Shown here piece after piece: positions 26,321-40,545 of a stretch of DNA of 64,000 bases (its first letter is position 1; each line of letters begins with the position of its first letter). The translations under genes and the position numbers were made by a program. Origin of the DNA: Octopus bimaculoides (taxonomy: Eukaryota); assembly GCF_001194135.2 (NCBI RefSeq), contig NC_069000.1, positions 15,387,199 to 15,451,198 on the forward strand. The letters run 5' to 3'. Below the pieces are notes generated by a model that was not told the origin of the DNA, did not search any database, and was given only the letters and a program-made list of their open reading frames with translations.

Positions 26321-28438
26321 GCTTTGATCATAGGCATGTTCGACCACTGTTGACCCAGGGTTAGATAACATCTCTTATTTAAATAGGATGGAAGAGAACA
26401 GATTTTGATAGACTTGTTGAGTTTATCTGAGAATTTGCAAAAAAATGTTTTTAAATAAAAATGATATTTATTATGACTAATAAAAAATAACTCAAAAATA
26501 ACAATGCATTCAAATAAAATATTTTGGTTCTCCACCTTCTTATGACGTATTAATTTTAGTAAAAATGTTATATCTACTTTTAGTATACTATATCTACTAT
26601 TACTATACTATGTCTACACTGCATCGCTCTCATTTCTTACTGCAAATCTCCTCATACAGATTTAATAATCCTTAACTTCTACTATTACCGTCTCCGATGA
26701 AGGGATACATTGAATTTTCCCTGAAACAGCTGTGAGACATTCTAAATAAAATATAAATTTATTTATGCCATTGGTCTCTTTATCTCATTCTTTTTATATA
26801 TACACACGCTAATACATGACCCATGTTATATTCCCCATTCATGTTACAACCACATCTGGGGCAAAACTAGTCGGTATACAGCACTTATTCGGTATTACCT
26901 GTAACATTCGGGTCTGGTTGACTCCATTACCCATCATAACCTTTATATCTACTATTATTATTATTGTTGTTATTATTATTATTATTATTACTATTTTATC
27001 ATTTTTATTTGTTTCGGCCACATTTTCATTAAACAGGACCAAAATACAATTTAGTGTGCCATTTGTATCAACCAGCTGTGGTCTGGTAATGTCATCAATA
27101 AACATGGATGCAGGCTGAAAAAGTTATGCCCATACACACTCACAAATACAAAGACAATGGGTTTTTTGCTAGAGGTCAAAGTGCAGAGACAGACAACAAA
27201 GACAACTATGAATATCAAAAGCTATGGTCAATAACCTTGATGATATGGATAACAGTAAGTATTAATATGGATGATGACAATAATGATGATGTAATATTGT
27301 TGTTAAAACAAACAGTGAAACCCCTGTAGCTTAACAGTTATTAAAAACATGTCAGCTGCAAAGTCAACAAAACCTAATAAAAAAAAAGTGAAAAAAAAAA
27401 GCAAAAAAAAAACATGAGAACGAAGGAAATTAATGCCCAAAGAACTCAGTTATTTTTGAAACTACAATGATGAAGATGAGAACAGAAAAATATTTAAAAA
27501 CCATGTATAAAAGTCAAAAATATGAATTTTGTACGACTGTATGTGAGTATATATATTGATTAGCAGTTTTGAGATATACGAAATATTAAACAAGAAATTC
27601 CTGACAAATAAATGTCATCATCTCTTTTGCTTTTCTAGGCAAAATGTTTTCCACCCTATAATTTAAAGTACTAACTCATAGTTGTAAAATAAGTAGATTT
27701 ATATTTCAACTTTCCTTAAATGGATCAATGAGTAAATTTTTTTTGCCATTTCAGATCTTTTATTTAATATAAAAATATGTATAACATCATTATAGTCATT
27801 TAACGTCCACCTTCCATACTAGCATAGGTGGGACAACAATTTATATAATATATTAATTGTTGATATATATATATATACATACATTACATACACACCATCA
27901 TCATCATTTAACATTCATATTCTTGTCCACCCTGCTGGGTGGTCGGTGTTAGAAAGGGCATCCAGCTGTAAAAACCATGCCAAAACAGACACAAAAGTCT
28001 GGTGCAGCAGGCCCCTGCCAAGTCAGTTCCAGCCAAACTGTCCAACCCATGCCAGCATGGAAGGCAGACATTAAATGGTAATGATGATGATGATTCCATG
28101 TTAGCACAGATTTGACAGGCTCCAATGAGCTAGAGGGTTGCATTGGGTTCCTGTGTCTACTATGGCAAGGTTTCTATAGCTGGATGCTTTTCCAAATGTC
28201 AACCAATTTACAATGGTTTTGTGTGGGACCAGCACTACCGTGTTTCATGTCCATAAAGCGCTTAACTTTACAGCATTTCTTGAGACCCTGATGTTGAAGA
28301 AATGCTGTAAAGTTAAGCACTTTATAGACATGAAACCCAGGGTAACCCCACAGACCGGCCATATCTATCTTTATATATACACTCTACTGTTCTATAACTT
28401 AGAGTATGCTTCTTTTTTGGATTTATGTTTTACTGACA

Positions 28439-28481
<43 letters not shown>

Positions 28482-30199
28482 GGTCTGCCAAAACTAGGCC
28501 GTAACAGCTGTAAGATTAAACTTCTGTTCATCCTCTAATTCCTTATGTACTTTGTACTTCTATATGTAAACCATGTTGGCAAAATAACATAGTCTGCCAT
28601 GGACACCTGTGCTTTGGTTCTTTNNNNNNNNNNNNNNNNNNNNNNNNNNNNNNNNNNNNNNNNNNNNNNNNNNNNNNNNNNNNNNNNNNNNNNNNNNNNN
28701 NNNNNNNNNNNNNNNNNNNNNNNNNNNNNNNNNNNNNNNNNNNNNNNNNNNNNNNNNNNNNNNNNNNNNNNNNNNNNNNNNNNNNNNNNNNNNNNNNNNN
28801 NNNNNNNNNNNNNNNNNNNNNNNNNNNNNNNNNNNNNNNNNNNNNNNNNNNNNNNNNNNNNNNNNNNNNNNNNNNNNNNNNNNNNNNNNNNNNNNNNNNN
28901 NNNNNNNNNNNNNNNNNNNNNNNNNNNNNNNNNNNNNNNNNNNNNNNNNNNNNNNNNNNNNNNNNNNNNNNNNNNNNNNNNNNNNNNNNNNNNNNNNNNN
29001 NNNNNNNNNNNNNNNNNNNNNNNNNNNNNNNNNNNNTATATAATGTGTGTGTGCTTGCATACATGCATATATTCACTCACAAGCAGGTGGTTAAATAATA
29101 TCTATAGAACCAGAAATAAATGGGTAGAAGGTAAGAATGGAAACCCAACATAAGGTGATTGAAAGGCAATACCTAAAAAGAGGTGAGAAGAAAGCAGCTG
29201 GATGAAGTAAATCAATTGAGATTATGTGTGTATGCATAAGTGTGTATGTGTTTGTGTCCTTTTATATTTGTATATACGTACTAGAGAATATATTTATGTG
29301 TGCATGTGTATGTATGTATATGTGTGTGTGCATGTATGTACAAATATATACTTTTATGCATGTCTATATAAGCATGCCTTCGAGTGTATTTGCTTTATGA
29401 GGTAGTGGTGTTCGTTGTTCTTTTATACAATGGAGCAGATGGTAGCCACTTGCCTCTATTGTTATGGTTTCTTACACTAACGCAGAGACATAAATTGAAG
29501 GGGACAGGTATAACTCCCTTCTTCCACCCCTCCCTACTTCTCTCCCACCTTCCTTCCTTCCCACTCCAGCACATACTTGCCTGGTATCCCTCTCTTCATT
29601 CTATGTACACCATTTCGAAGGGTGTAAGGTAAAGTAAATCCAACAATCCTACATAACTACAATGCCAACAACATCAATAAGAACAACAAAGAACCAAAGG
29701 AAGATGCCTTCTATGTGGTTCACAAGACATACTAGAAACGGCAGTCATATTTTCCTCAAATTGTACACTACTGTTTTAAGTAAGGGCATATATTGGCCAA
29801 CGTAGTCATCATAGATATAATATGTCTGAAAGACTGGAAGGTCATTTCTGGAATGCCTTCCATCCTAGATTCACTTGATTAGAGCACACCTGGAAGATAA
29901 GCAGCAGTAGCTGCACCATTAAATAACAATCTGAACAACAATGAATTTCAATAACAGCAACAATCACGGCTGACGACAATGATTCAACCAATAACAATGC
30001 TATTGTCAGCAACATCAATAACCCAAATCCTGCCCCTTTATAATGACACACAAGCTCCTTTAGCTACTGAGGTTAATGTCATTAAATGAGGGATGTAATA
30101 AAGAGCAAAGGGGAAGGCTCAGTAATGTGTGTGTGTGTGTGTATGTATATGCTATAGGGAGATGTGTACCTATTATTATCTCTTATGTTATAATTTAAT

Positions 30200-30390
30200 A
30201 AGGCGGCGAGCTGGCAGAAACGTTAGCATGCCGGGCAAAATGCTTAATAGTATTTCATCTGTCTTTACATTCTGAGTTCAAATTCTGCCAAGGTCGACCT
30301 TGCCTTCCATCCTTTTGGGGGTCGATAAATTAAGTACCAGTTGCGTACTAAAGTTGATCAAATCGACTGGCCCCCCCTCCTCAAAAATTT
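30200..30390 (+). mobile_element. Family 2 SINE, sense copy. Other decayed copies near 5972-6170, 18268-18480, 19980-20130, 20880-21070, 33355-33450, 53925-54020, 54330-54450 and 55670-55775.
   Basis: Head AAGGCGGCGAGCTGGCAG...GAGTTCAAATTC with a B-box-like motif; body recurs many times in the window. Confidence 0.75.
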
Positions 30391-32097
30391 TGTTTCCAAG
30401 CAAGATAAATAAATAATTTCACTGACCAGCAGACAACATATAGCTTGGACACGTTTTGCGTGGAGACCAGGAACCAAACGGCACCATATAAACAAGCCTT
30501 TTGTTTACAAAGATTTCGTAATATGTTACGATATGTCAAGACATCTGGACATGCTTTTGCTAATGACACCGTTTACAACCAGCAAGTGCAAACACATGAA
30601 GACAAAGGAAATATAAACTCACTCATTCATTCTTTCTCTCTTTCTCTCTCTCACACACACACACACACGCACATTTTCATTCACCTCTATTTTCGAGTGT
30701 TCCGCTTCATTTTAATGAATGCTTTGTGAAAGTTAGTAAGTATGTTGTTTCAGTTATTTCTGTTTCAATTCATGATAATTTTTAGAATAACTCCTCTCTC
30801 TCCCTCCCTCCCTATCTCTCTCTGCCTCCTACCTCACTATCACCACATTTTAATTAATGGACTGGCGGCTGTTTCTCATTGTTCTGGGATCATAAACCTT
30901 AACACTTGGCTGGATATCACATAACAGTAGTATGGGTGATATTGATGGTGGTGGTGGTGGCTAACAAAAATAACTTGGCTTATGACTCCCCCACCATATA
31001 CATTATCTCCCCCCCCCACCGCAGGCAAATGCAGTAACACATGTTGGCAAGTATGTGTGTATATGTTTGTATACTTGCAAATAGGTATAGCAAACCAACT
31101 GACTGCATAGTAGTCTGTATAGTTATATAAGGTACTATAATGAATGTATTAAGTAATAACTTCATACATAACATTATAAGAAGTCTAGACATAGCTGTGT
31201 GCTTAAGAAACGCATTTTGCAATGACTTGGTTTCAGGTTCAGTCTCATTGCCCAGCACCTTGGGCCAGCCAATGCCCTGTGAGTGAATTTGGAAGACAGA
31301 AATTATGTGGAATCCCATCATGTGCCTGTCTGCATGTGTGTGCGTGTGTGTTTCTGTATGTGTCATCTTCTCTCGTCTTCACCACCTAACTGCTTCACAA
31401 CTGGTGTTGGTTCGTTTACATTCTCATAGCTTAGCTGTCTGGCAAAAAAGAGACTGGTAGAATAATTATCAGACTTCTCATCCACACTGGCATGGACTGG
31501 ATGGTTTGACAGGATCCGGTATGCTTGCAGAACTCTGTTGAGCTCCAATGGTTGGATACCCTTCCTTATGCCAACCACAAACAAAGTACACATGGTGCTT
31601 TCCCCCCACCACCCACATCACTAGCACTAAGCTCCCTCTTGACTGGGTGTGGGTGTATTTGAGAGAGGGGCCAGTAGCTTAATGTTGAGAGGTAGGGGGA
31701 CAAGTGCAGGTGTCTTGCCATAGAAGAGATAGATAGAACATACTTTCAAGATACAAGAAGAGGACACAGACAGTGGAATGGAGTGGGGTCCAAAGGAGAG
31801 CGGGGTAGTGGGTAGAGGGGAATGTAGTGAGTGAAGGACAAGGGTGGAGTTGTTGGAAAATTGGAAAACACCACTATGAAGCGGGAGAGAGAGAGAGAGA
31901 GAGAGAGAGNNNNNNNNNNNNNNNNNNNNNNNNNNNNNNNNNNNNNNNNNNNNNNNNNNNNNNNNNNNNNNNNNNNNNNNNNNNNNNNNNNNNNNNNNNN
32001 NNNNNNNNNNNNNNNNNNNNNNNNNNNNNNNNNNNNNNNNNNNNNNNNNNNNNNNNNNNNNNNNNNNNNNNNNNNNNNNNNNNNNNNNNNNNNNNNN

Positions 32098-32153
<56 letters not shown>

Positions 32154-32550
32154 TAGAGATTAGATCTTTCGAAAAATGCGCCCACAATAAAATATGTATG
32201 TATAAATATTCACACCATTTGCAGATAGAAATAATAGGTGAACACACCCTCATTGGTGACATGACAGTCAAATGACAACAGACCATGTAAATGACAGATA
32301 GTTATGATCTTATTAAACGTATACAAAGGATATCCACTCATCCACTCAACATGTTACCTGATTTCATAGATAATACATACCATCACAAGTCATAGCATGT
32401 GTTTGTACATGCCTCACTAGATATATGACATAGATATATGTTATTCTCACTGTATATCGAATGAAAAATGCTAGCGATGTATATGCTTAGAGTAAGTGTA
32501 TGCAACAGAAATACGTTCCCATGAGAAATATATATATATATATATATATA

Positions 32551-32745
32551 TAGGCACAGGAGTGGCTGTGTGTTAAGAAGCTTGCTTCCCAATCACATGG
32601 TTCCAGGTTAGGTCCCACTGCGTGGCACCTTAGGTAAGTATCTTCTACTATTGCCTCAGGCCAACCAGAGCCCTGTGAGTGAATTTGGTAGACGGAAACT
32701 GAAAGAACCCCGTTACAGACACACACACATATACAGATATATATA

Positions 32746-32817
<72 letters not shown>

Positions 32818-32980
32818 ATGAGCTTCTTTCGGTTTCCATCTACTAAATCCACTCAAAAGGTTTTGGCCAGCCCGAGGTTGTAGTAGAAGACACTTGCTGA
32901 AGGTGCCACACAGTGAGACTGAACCTGGAACTATGTGGTTGGGAAGCAAGCTTCTTACCACACAGCCACTCCTGTGCCTA
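32551..32980. repeat. Inverted pair of family 3 SINE 5' halves around an (AT)n spacer
   Basis: 32551-32712 (+) and 32818-32980 (-); outer ends are the perfectly complementary TAGGCACAGGAGTGGCTGTGTG. Confidence 0.88.
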
Positions 32981-33466
32981 GTATAGTAAAATTATGGACA
33001 GGAAAGGCTTTAGAAGTCTTCTCGTTTATGTCACTATAGAAAATAAACAAACTTCAAAACATGAGTATTAATATGTTGCTAAAAAGCACGTGTTTATGAG
33101 TGTGTGTGTGTGTGTGTGTGATGGGGTACTGGGTGTATAAATAATGTGTTTAAGGTTACAAAGACTGAAAATTCATTGTTTAAACACCCATCCTTGATTC
33201 ATTTCACATAGCGAAATAGCAATGCTTATAAAGAATTAAAAATAAAAGCAAAAGAAAAAAAATCCATTCAAAATATAAATATAGTTTTGATAGGGGAGAC
33301 AGCTTTTCCGAAAGATCAGAATAGGACAACAACAACAACAATAATAATCCTTTCTACTAAAGGCACAAGGCCTGAAATTTGGGGAAAGGGGACTAGTTGA
33401 TATTATCGACCACAGTACTTCTAACGATTCTGCCAGCTTGCTGTCTTAATAATAATAAAATAATAA

Positions 33467-33499
<33 letters not shown>

Positions 33500-33824
33500 G
33501 ATAGGAAGGGGAAACAAAATATACAAGATGCTACTTTGAAAGATTATGATTTTAAAAAATATATAGCAAAATAGAAAAATATTTAATTCATAAAAACAAA
33601 AATAAAATAAAAATGTTTAACATTAAACAAACTTTAGGATTGCAATGTAGTTTGGTCAATAAGGCTTGATCAGATTGACAGCTCTTTGAGGATGACAAAT
33701 CTAGAAATATCAAAAGGGGGAAGTGAGATGATGATGACAATTATGACTACAGATGACATCAGTACAATATACTATATTCATCCATTCATTCATATTGCGT
33801 ATATGCATCTGTCTATGACATATT

Positions 33825-33864
<40 letters not shown>

Positions 33865-34812
33865 CTTTATTCTGCTCATATGACACACTTTAAACCAATC
33901 CTGTTTTTTCACTTATAAATGCCTGCTGCCTGCCACACACACACACAGCTCAACTTCCTTCCTTGCTATTTCTGTATCCCCATCCAATTCTAACTTGTAG
34001 CAATTTAGAAGTGATACCAACCTCATTCAACCCACACTTGGTTGTCTAAAGCCACACAGTAGATATGGTCAGCGATATCGCACCACCAGAACCATATATT
34101 TTAGAGTTCAAATCTACAGTAGATATTTCCATTTAGTTCAATGAGCATGGTGTTCACATAGATGTCAAGTACAAAAAAATCTCTCACACACACGATGTAC
34201 AATGGGATCAGAAATACTGAAATTATATATTAGAAAGCCTCTCGCTGTGATAAAGAACTCAATGTGAACATTCCTTCAATGCTTTCAATGTGCAGAAAAA
34301 GGAATGTAAGTCACCTGACTGACTGTTTCAGGATTTGTTGATCATGTGTGTGTCTGTGTGGCTGTAGCAGGAAATACAATTCAAAAGCAGCACCAAGAAA
34401 TAAATATTTCTTTGTTATTGTGTTTTAAGCCCTTTCACATCCCATTTATCAGACTGGCAGACATTAGGTGGAGGGTTCTATCGTTTTCACAAACAACCGA
34501 TAAAACATATCAAAAGGGAACCAGGAAGCAATCATTCCATTGCATAACGGCATTTCTCAGCCTTTTCATATCCTATTTACCAAAACTAGCTGGCATTAGT
34601 TCAGAAGCTTCCTTTTTTTTTACGGTTTCAAATTCACATAGATTGTTTTGCACGTGATTTGGTTGGCTGCTTTTTTAACATTACTGGACCTCTCCCTACA
34701 CACAAAAAAGAAAAAACGTGATATTCACATGACTTGATTGGCAGAGTGGTCAGTTTTTTGTTGTATTCACTTTTTTTTTTAATAGTTTCTTCTAATGTTA
34801 AAATAACTGCTG

Positions 34813-34816
<4 letters not shown>

Positions 34817-34853
<37 letters not shown>

Positions 34854-35112
34854 TACATATATATATATACACACAAATATATATATACATACACACACAT
34901 ACACACACACATATATATATATACACATATATATACACACATATATATACACACACATATATACACACATATATATACACACACAGACACACAGACATAT
35001 ACACACACAGACACACACATATACACACACAGACACACACACACACATATACACACACAGACACACACACACACACATATACACACACAGACACACACAC
35101 ATACACACACAG

Positions 35113-35158
<46 letters not shown>
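34817..35158. repeat. Long compound (TA)n/(CA)n/ACACAG microsatellite
   Basis: Directly visible. Dozens of shorter (CA)n, (TA)n and (GA)n tracts occur throughout, usually bordering N gaps. Confidence 0.95.
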
Positions 35159-35160
<2 letters not shown>

Positions 35161-36564
35161 CAAGTGATATTGATTCTTTTTGTTTAAGTTAGACTCTAGC
35201 AACTATATCAATGCTGCTTTGTTTAGTTAGAAGGGGAGAAAAAACAAAAGAACATCAATGATAGAAATCTATTATGATTTACTTGAGGGGGGAATCTATT
35301 TTTAAGCCTGATGAATGCATAGGAAGTTCAGATGGCTAGACGGCAATTTAGTAATCGTAATAAGTATTGTAGTAATGTAAGAGGATGTAAGAGTCACTGT
35401 GATTTTGGCAATGGGATGTAACCATCATGACAATGCAAAAAGGAAAAAATAAAGCAATAAGGTAAATCTACTGTTGTTGATAAACAGAGTACTGAATAGT
35501 AATGACACCTAAGACTCGATAAAAGACTTTGTCTAGATGGCTGTAAATAGATAACATAAGTGAAACAACTTGCTGTAACCTGTTACAAGGAGCAAAGATT
35601 AATGTGAAAGTAAACTATGCACAAGTTTCCCAATGGTTTTTTCAAGAGAAAGCAACTGAAAATCTGTTTTTACAACCATGGTTTGCAACCCTAAGAGTAA
35701 TATGTGAGAAGAAAGGTTACGCTCCCTAAGTGCAGGAGATGATCTAGGGGTTGTGAAAAAATTTTATTCTGGTTTAATTTTATTTTAAAGTTTGAAAAAT
35801 TCTTGATGTTTGTTATATAATAAAGGCTTCCACACAGATCCAAAAGTAAGAAATAGAGACAAGAAAGAGATTCAAGAATCAGAAAAGAAACACTCACTGC
35901 TTCTCACTATTGGAGACAGCAATGACAGACAAGCTTACATTAGGTAGAGCTTACATTAGTGAGTTTAAAGTAGGGGGAATAACATTGAGGGCAAGTATAG
36001 CCCCACTACACCAGAACCTTTACTCTTGAGAGCTACTACACTACAAAGAATGGCTCTTTCAGATAATTAGATGGAACCTCTTCAATGATGATGTGCCAAA
36101 AAAACCTATATGAAAGTTAAGATATTAAATGTCTTTGTTTTTCTCTTCATCAGAAGCAAAAAAAGGTATTTAGGCTTTATGTCAGAACAGTTGTTAATCA
36201 AAAAGTATTTAATTATTCCATAGCCCCAGGACAACCAATGGAAACTGTGTGGAAACGAGTTATATATATGCACACACACACTATATGTTTGTCCCATCTC
36301 ACTCACCATCTTGACAACCAGTGTTGGTTTGTTTACCTCCTGGTTACTTAGTGGCTCAGCAAAATGAGACCAATAGAATAGGTAACCAAACTTAATAAAT
36401 ACGGGGGTCAACTTAAACCTTCATTCAACTTCAACCCTTCAAGCTGTTGACCCAACATAGCCACACTGCAATAAGAGAAACAAGTAAAAAGACAAAAAAA
36501 AAAACTAAAAGTTATACATGTTGCATTGTTGGTCTGCAGGAAGGGGGGGGGACAGAATAATTAA

Positions 36565-36763
36565 TAAACCTTTTAGCATTTAAACCTGCCATATTCAGCT
36601 GTTTTATGTTCAAAACTGACCAGATCTGGTTTCTCACACCTACTCGATGATGTAATTTTAAAAGTAAGCAATCACATCTTGAAGCTATGAGACAATGCAT
36701 GATTAATTAAAAACTGAATAAATTTTTGTATTGGACAGAGTAATCTGAATCCAAAAGGATTAA
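36565..36763 (-). mobile_element. Same MITE family
   Basis: Ends in gtaatctgaatccaaaaggattaa; internal motifs shared with 13966-14185. Confidence 0.7.
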
Positions 36764-37289
36764 ANNNNNNNNNNNNNNNNNNNNNNNNNNNNNNNNNNNN
36801 NNNNNNNNNNNNNNNNNNNNNNNNNNNNNNNNNNNNNNNNNNNNNNNNNNNNNNNNNNNNNNNNNNNNNNNNNNNNNNNNNNNNNNNNNNNNNNNNNNNN
36901 NNNNNNNNNNNNNNNNNNNNNNNNNNNNNNNNNNNNNNNNNNNNNNNNNNNNNNNNNNNNNNNNNNNNNNNNNNNNNNNNNNNNNNNNNNNNNNNNNNNN
37001 NNNNNNNNNNNNNNNNNNNNNNNNNNNNNNNNNNNNNNNNNNNNNNNNNNNNNNNAATAAGTATCAGGCTTTAAAAAAAAATGGAAAATATACAAAAATA
37101 AGTTCTGGGGTCAATCCATTCAACTAAAAATTCTAGGTGGTGCCCCAGTATGGCCGCAGTCTAATGACTGAAACAAGTGAGATAAAAGGACCCCAGCAGC
37201 TAGGCATTATGGGTCTATCTACTCTTCTGTAATGGATAAACTATTTGGAACAAGTCTAGACAGATCCGACATATTTTGTCTTTCATCTT

Positions 37290-37665
37290 TTACTTATTTC
37301 AATCATTAGACTGTGGCCATGCTGGGGCACCACATTCAAGGGTTTTAGTCGAACATATCAACCTCAGGACTTATTTTTTAAAGTCTGGTACTCATTCTCT
37401 CGGTCTCTTTTGCCAAACCACTAAGTTACAGGGACATAAACACACCAACACCGGTTGTCAAGTGGTGATGGTGGTGAGGGACAAACAGACACAAAGACAC
37501 ACACATATGTATATATATATACAGTGGGCTTCTTTCAGTTTCTGTTTATCAAATCCACTCGCAAGGCTTTGGTCGGCCTGAAGCTATACTAGAAGACACT
37601 TGCCCAAGGTGCCACTTGAACCTGGAACCATGTAGTCGGGGAGGCAAGCTTCTTACCACACAGCC
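37290..37665 (-). mobile_element. Family 3 SINE, near full length
   Basis: Head, CORE-like part, internal microsatellite and 3' part all present. Confidence 0.8.
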
Positions 37666-37937
37666 AGTTTGTAGAATAAAGTACAAACAACATAACAATG
37701 ACAAGCTGTCAAAGTGAAACCATGTCTGACTGCAAACTTGTGGGCGAGTCAACTACATAACATTTGATTGGAAACTCTCAGGTAAAATAAGATTTCTTTA
37801 ATTAGAGCAAACTATGATTACCCCATAAAATAATCCATAACAACAACAACAAAAACAACAACAATAGCCTATCATTGCACAATATGGCTTCACTTTTTCA
37901 ACTTCACAAGTCCATGGGAAAATGAAATGAAAAGAGT

Positions 37938-38075
37938 AGTAGTAGCAGTGGTGGTGGTAGTGGTAGTAGTAATAGTAGTAGTGGTGGTGGTGGTGGTAGT
38001 AGTAATAGTAGTAGTGGTGGTAGTAGTAATAGTAGTAGTAGTAATAGTAGTGGTGGTGGTAGTAATAGTAGTAAC
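37938..38075. repeat. Compound (GTA/GTG/ATA)n trinucleotide repeat
   Basis: Directly visible; it produces the spurious poly-Tyr/His and poly-Thr ORFs. Confidence 0.95.
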
Positions 38076-38480
38076 AATGACAGAGCAACAATAATACAAA
38101 ATCATACACAAATACATAAAAATGAAGCCGTTTCAAATTTAAAAATCGTTTCTGATCAGAGGTTTGAAATGTAGTTTTTCAGCATTTCTATAAAAGCCAT
38201 TCAATTCATTTGTTGTTATATTTGTCAACTCAAAAACTGTCTTGGTGGGAATGCTAGTTAAGTTGCACTCCCATAAATGTTCTCACCAAGTATAAAACTT
38301 AAATGACTAAGTTACATATACACAACAATATATATATATATAAATAATAATAATAATGATAATAAGCTTAACGGTTATAAACGATCACTGTGTATTGGCT
38401 AGAGAAAATAGTTTATTATTGAGGTATATAAGCCCTTGATGGAAAGAAAGTAGGTATTATTACACATTAATACCAAAAAG

Positions 38481-38864
38481 TTGTTGTTGGCACTTCGTCG
38501 CTTATGACGACAAGGGTTCCAGTTGATCCGATCAACGGAACAGCCTGCTCATGAAATTAACGTGCAAGTGGCTGAGCACTCCACAGACATGTGTACCCTT
38601 AACGTAGTTCTTGGGGATATTCAGCGTGACACAGTGTGTGACAAGGCTGACCCTTTGAAATACAGGCACAACAGAAACGGGAAGTAAGAGTGAGAGAAAG
38701 TTGTGGTGAAAGAGTACAGCAGGGTTCGCCACCATCGCCTGCCGGAGCCTCGTGGAGCTTTAAGTGTTTTCGCTTAATAAACACTCAACGCCCGGTCTGG
38801 GAATCGAAACTGCGATCCTATGACCGCGATTCCGCTACCCTAACCATTGGGCCATTGCACCTCC
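38481..38864 (-). mobile_element. Full-length family 1 SINE
   Basis: Reverse complement of the 382-772 element; near-perfect TSD TACCAAAAAG / TACCCAAAAAG. Confidence 0.9.
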
Positions 38865-40214
38865 ACTACCCAAAAAGTATGCATACTAATAACTACTCTT
38901 TTCCATCAAGGGCTTATATGCCCCTATAGACTATTTAGTCAACAGATGGTGATCACTTAGAAGCTTTAACTTTATAATTATTATTATTTACAGAATTTTC
39001 ACTAGTAACCATTTCTTCATTTAATGCAGAATGTATATGATGAAGGATTCTCAAGGTTCGACAATTTCTTACTGAACAATCACACAGATGATTTGTTTAT
39101 AGTGATCGAATGTTTGTGCAGACATAAGCTCACTCTCTCCATCAGATCGACATTACCCTATACAGGTGCAATGGGTGCCACATGTCAGATATCGAAATGA
39201 TCGCAGAGCAACCTGAAATGAAGTGCTTTGCTCAAGAACACAATGCTACGCCTGATCTGGGAATCAAACCCACAATCTTGCAATTGTGAGTGCAACACCC
39301 TTAGCCATGCACCTCCACACACACACATATATATATATACAAAATTGTCTATTGGTAAGTAATGTATGTTGGAAAATATATACATATGCATAGACATATA
39401 AAATAACTAATTCTTATTTCTTTTCACTTCATGCTCTTGCTTGATGGGTTTGGATCATCCCAGGTGTTCCCAGAGACGCCAACGTGTAGAGCCAGCCAGG
39501 TCCACCAGTGCTCCCTCTATCACTGGCGGTCCCCACTGCCAGCCTCACTGCATCCTATTTCTGGATTTCAACTCGTTTTTCTTTTAAAGCCCCGTAATAT
39601 TTCCAATAGCAAAGAGTTAAAAATGACATTGTACAATAACACCATGAGGCCAAATTTTGCCCATTTTCAAGAGAACTTGCTTCTAGTTACTTCTGAAGTC
39701 TTCTCTGAACAGACAGATGTCAGTTTATTTGCAGAGAAACAGTGCAGTTATTAAATAGGAAGAGTTGAAATTAATTCATGCAAAGTTTCACAGTTCTAGC
39801 ACCATTCCTACATAGCCAGCCTATGAACTTCAGTGAAAAATGAATAATTTATTGTCTAGGCAGGGTTTAATGGAAGCTAATTGATGACAAACAATGCTGC
39901 TTCCTGAGCCCTTCTACTGTTTAACTCACATGACAGTAACACCTAATAAATATAGAATGTGGCATGACATTAAAAATACAGTTCACTTCCTGGTCAAACC
40001 CCTGGTATTTTAAATATGGTAAATATAACTTTTTTTATTATTATATTTAATAATAATTAGCAGTGAGTAATATAAGTAAATTATTTACTCATAACTAGAG
40101 CAATAGGAAGATGTAAATATTCAATGTATTTTTATTTATTGAGAAAGAGAAAATGCAATGATTTCACAGTTTGCTTGGTAATAAATTTGGTATTATAAAT
40201 ACCCAGGTCTGTTC

Positions 40215-40545
40215 CCCATTTTTTTTTTAGGACGGGGTAGCCACAATAAGACACACACCAGGCATTCCATTCATTTCCCAGCTCAACGAGATGAGCCCTG
40301 TTCTATCTTCGGGTCAAGGCATAGAATGCAACCACCAATAGCAGCAGAGCCTGACAGCATATGCTGGTTTACCCCCGTGACATCATGCTGGTTCCATACC
40401 ACTTTGAACAACATCAAATTCACTCATCCAAGCTTTCCTATCATTTATAAACTCTCTTGCCTCTCTCACTCCAACACCTCTTTAACCACCAAAGTATTCC
40501 TCACTCCATCCACACGAACCGAGGTTTGTGAATAAATTTGGTACA
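40215..40545 (-). mobile_element. Decayed RTE LINE ORF C-terminus plus 3' UTR
   Basis: Frameshifted translation PRFVWM / GVRNTL...K / EAREFINDRKAWM resembles the RTE C-terminal GRPRxRWxDGV...ARExAxDRxxW. Confidence 0.55.

Noticed and set aside
34634-35192. ORFs rich in CV/HT/YI/SL dipeptides or poly-Tyr/Thr
   Set aside because: Translations of microsatellites.
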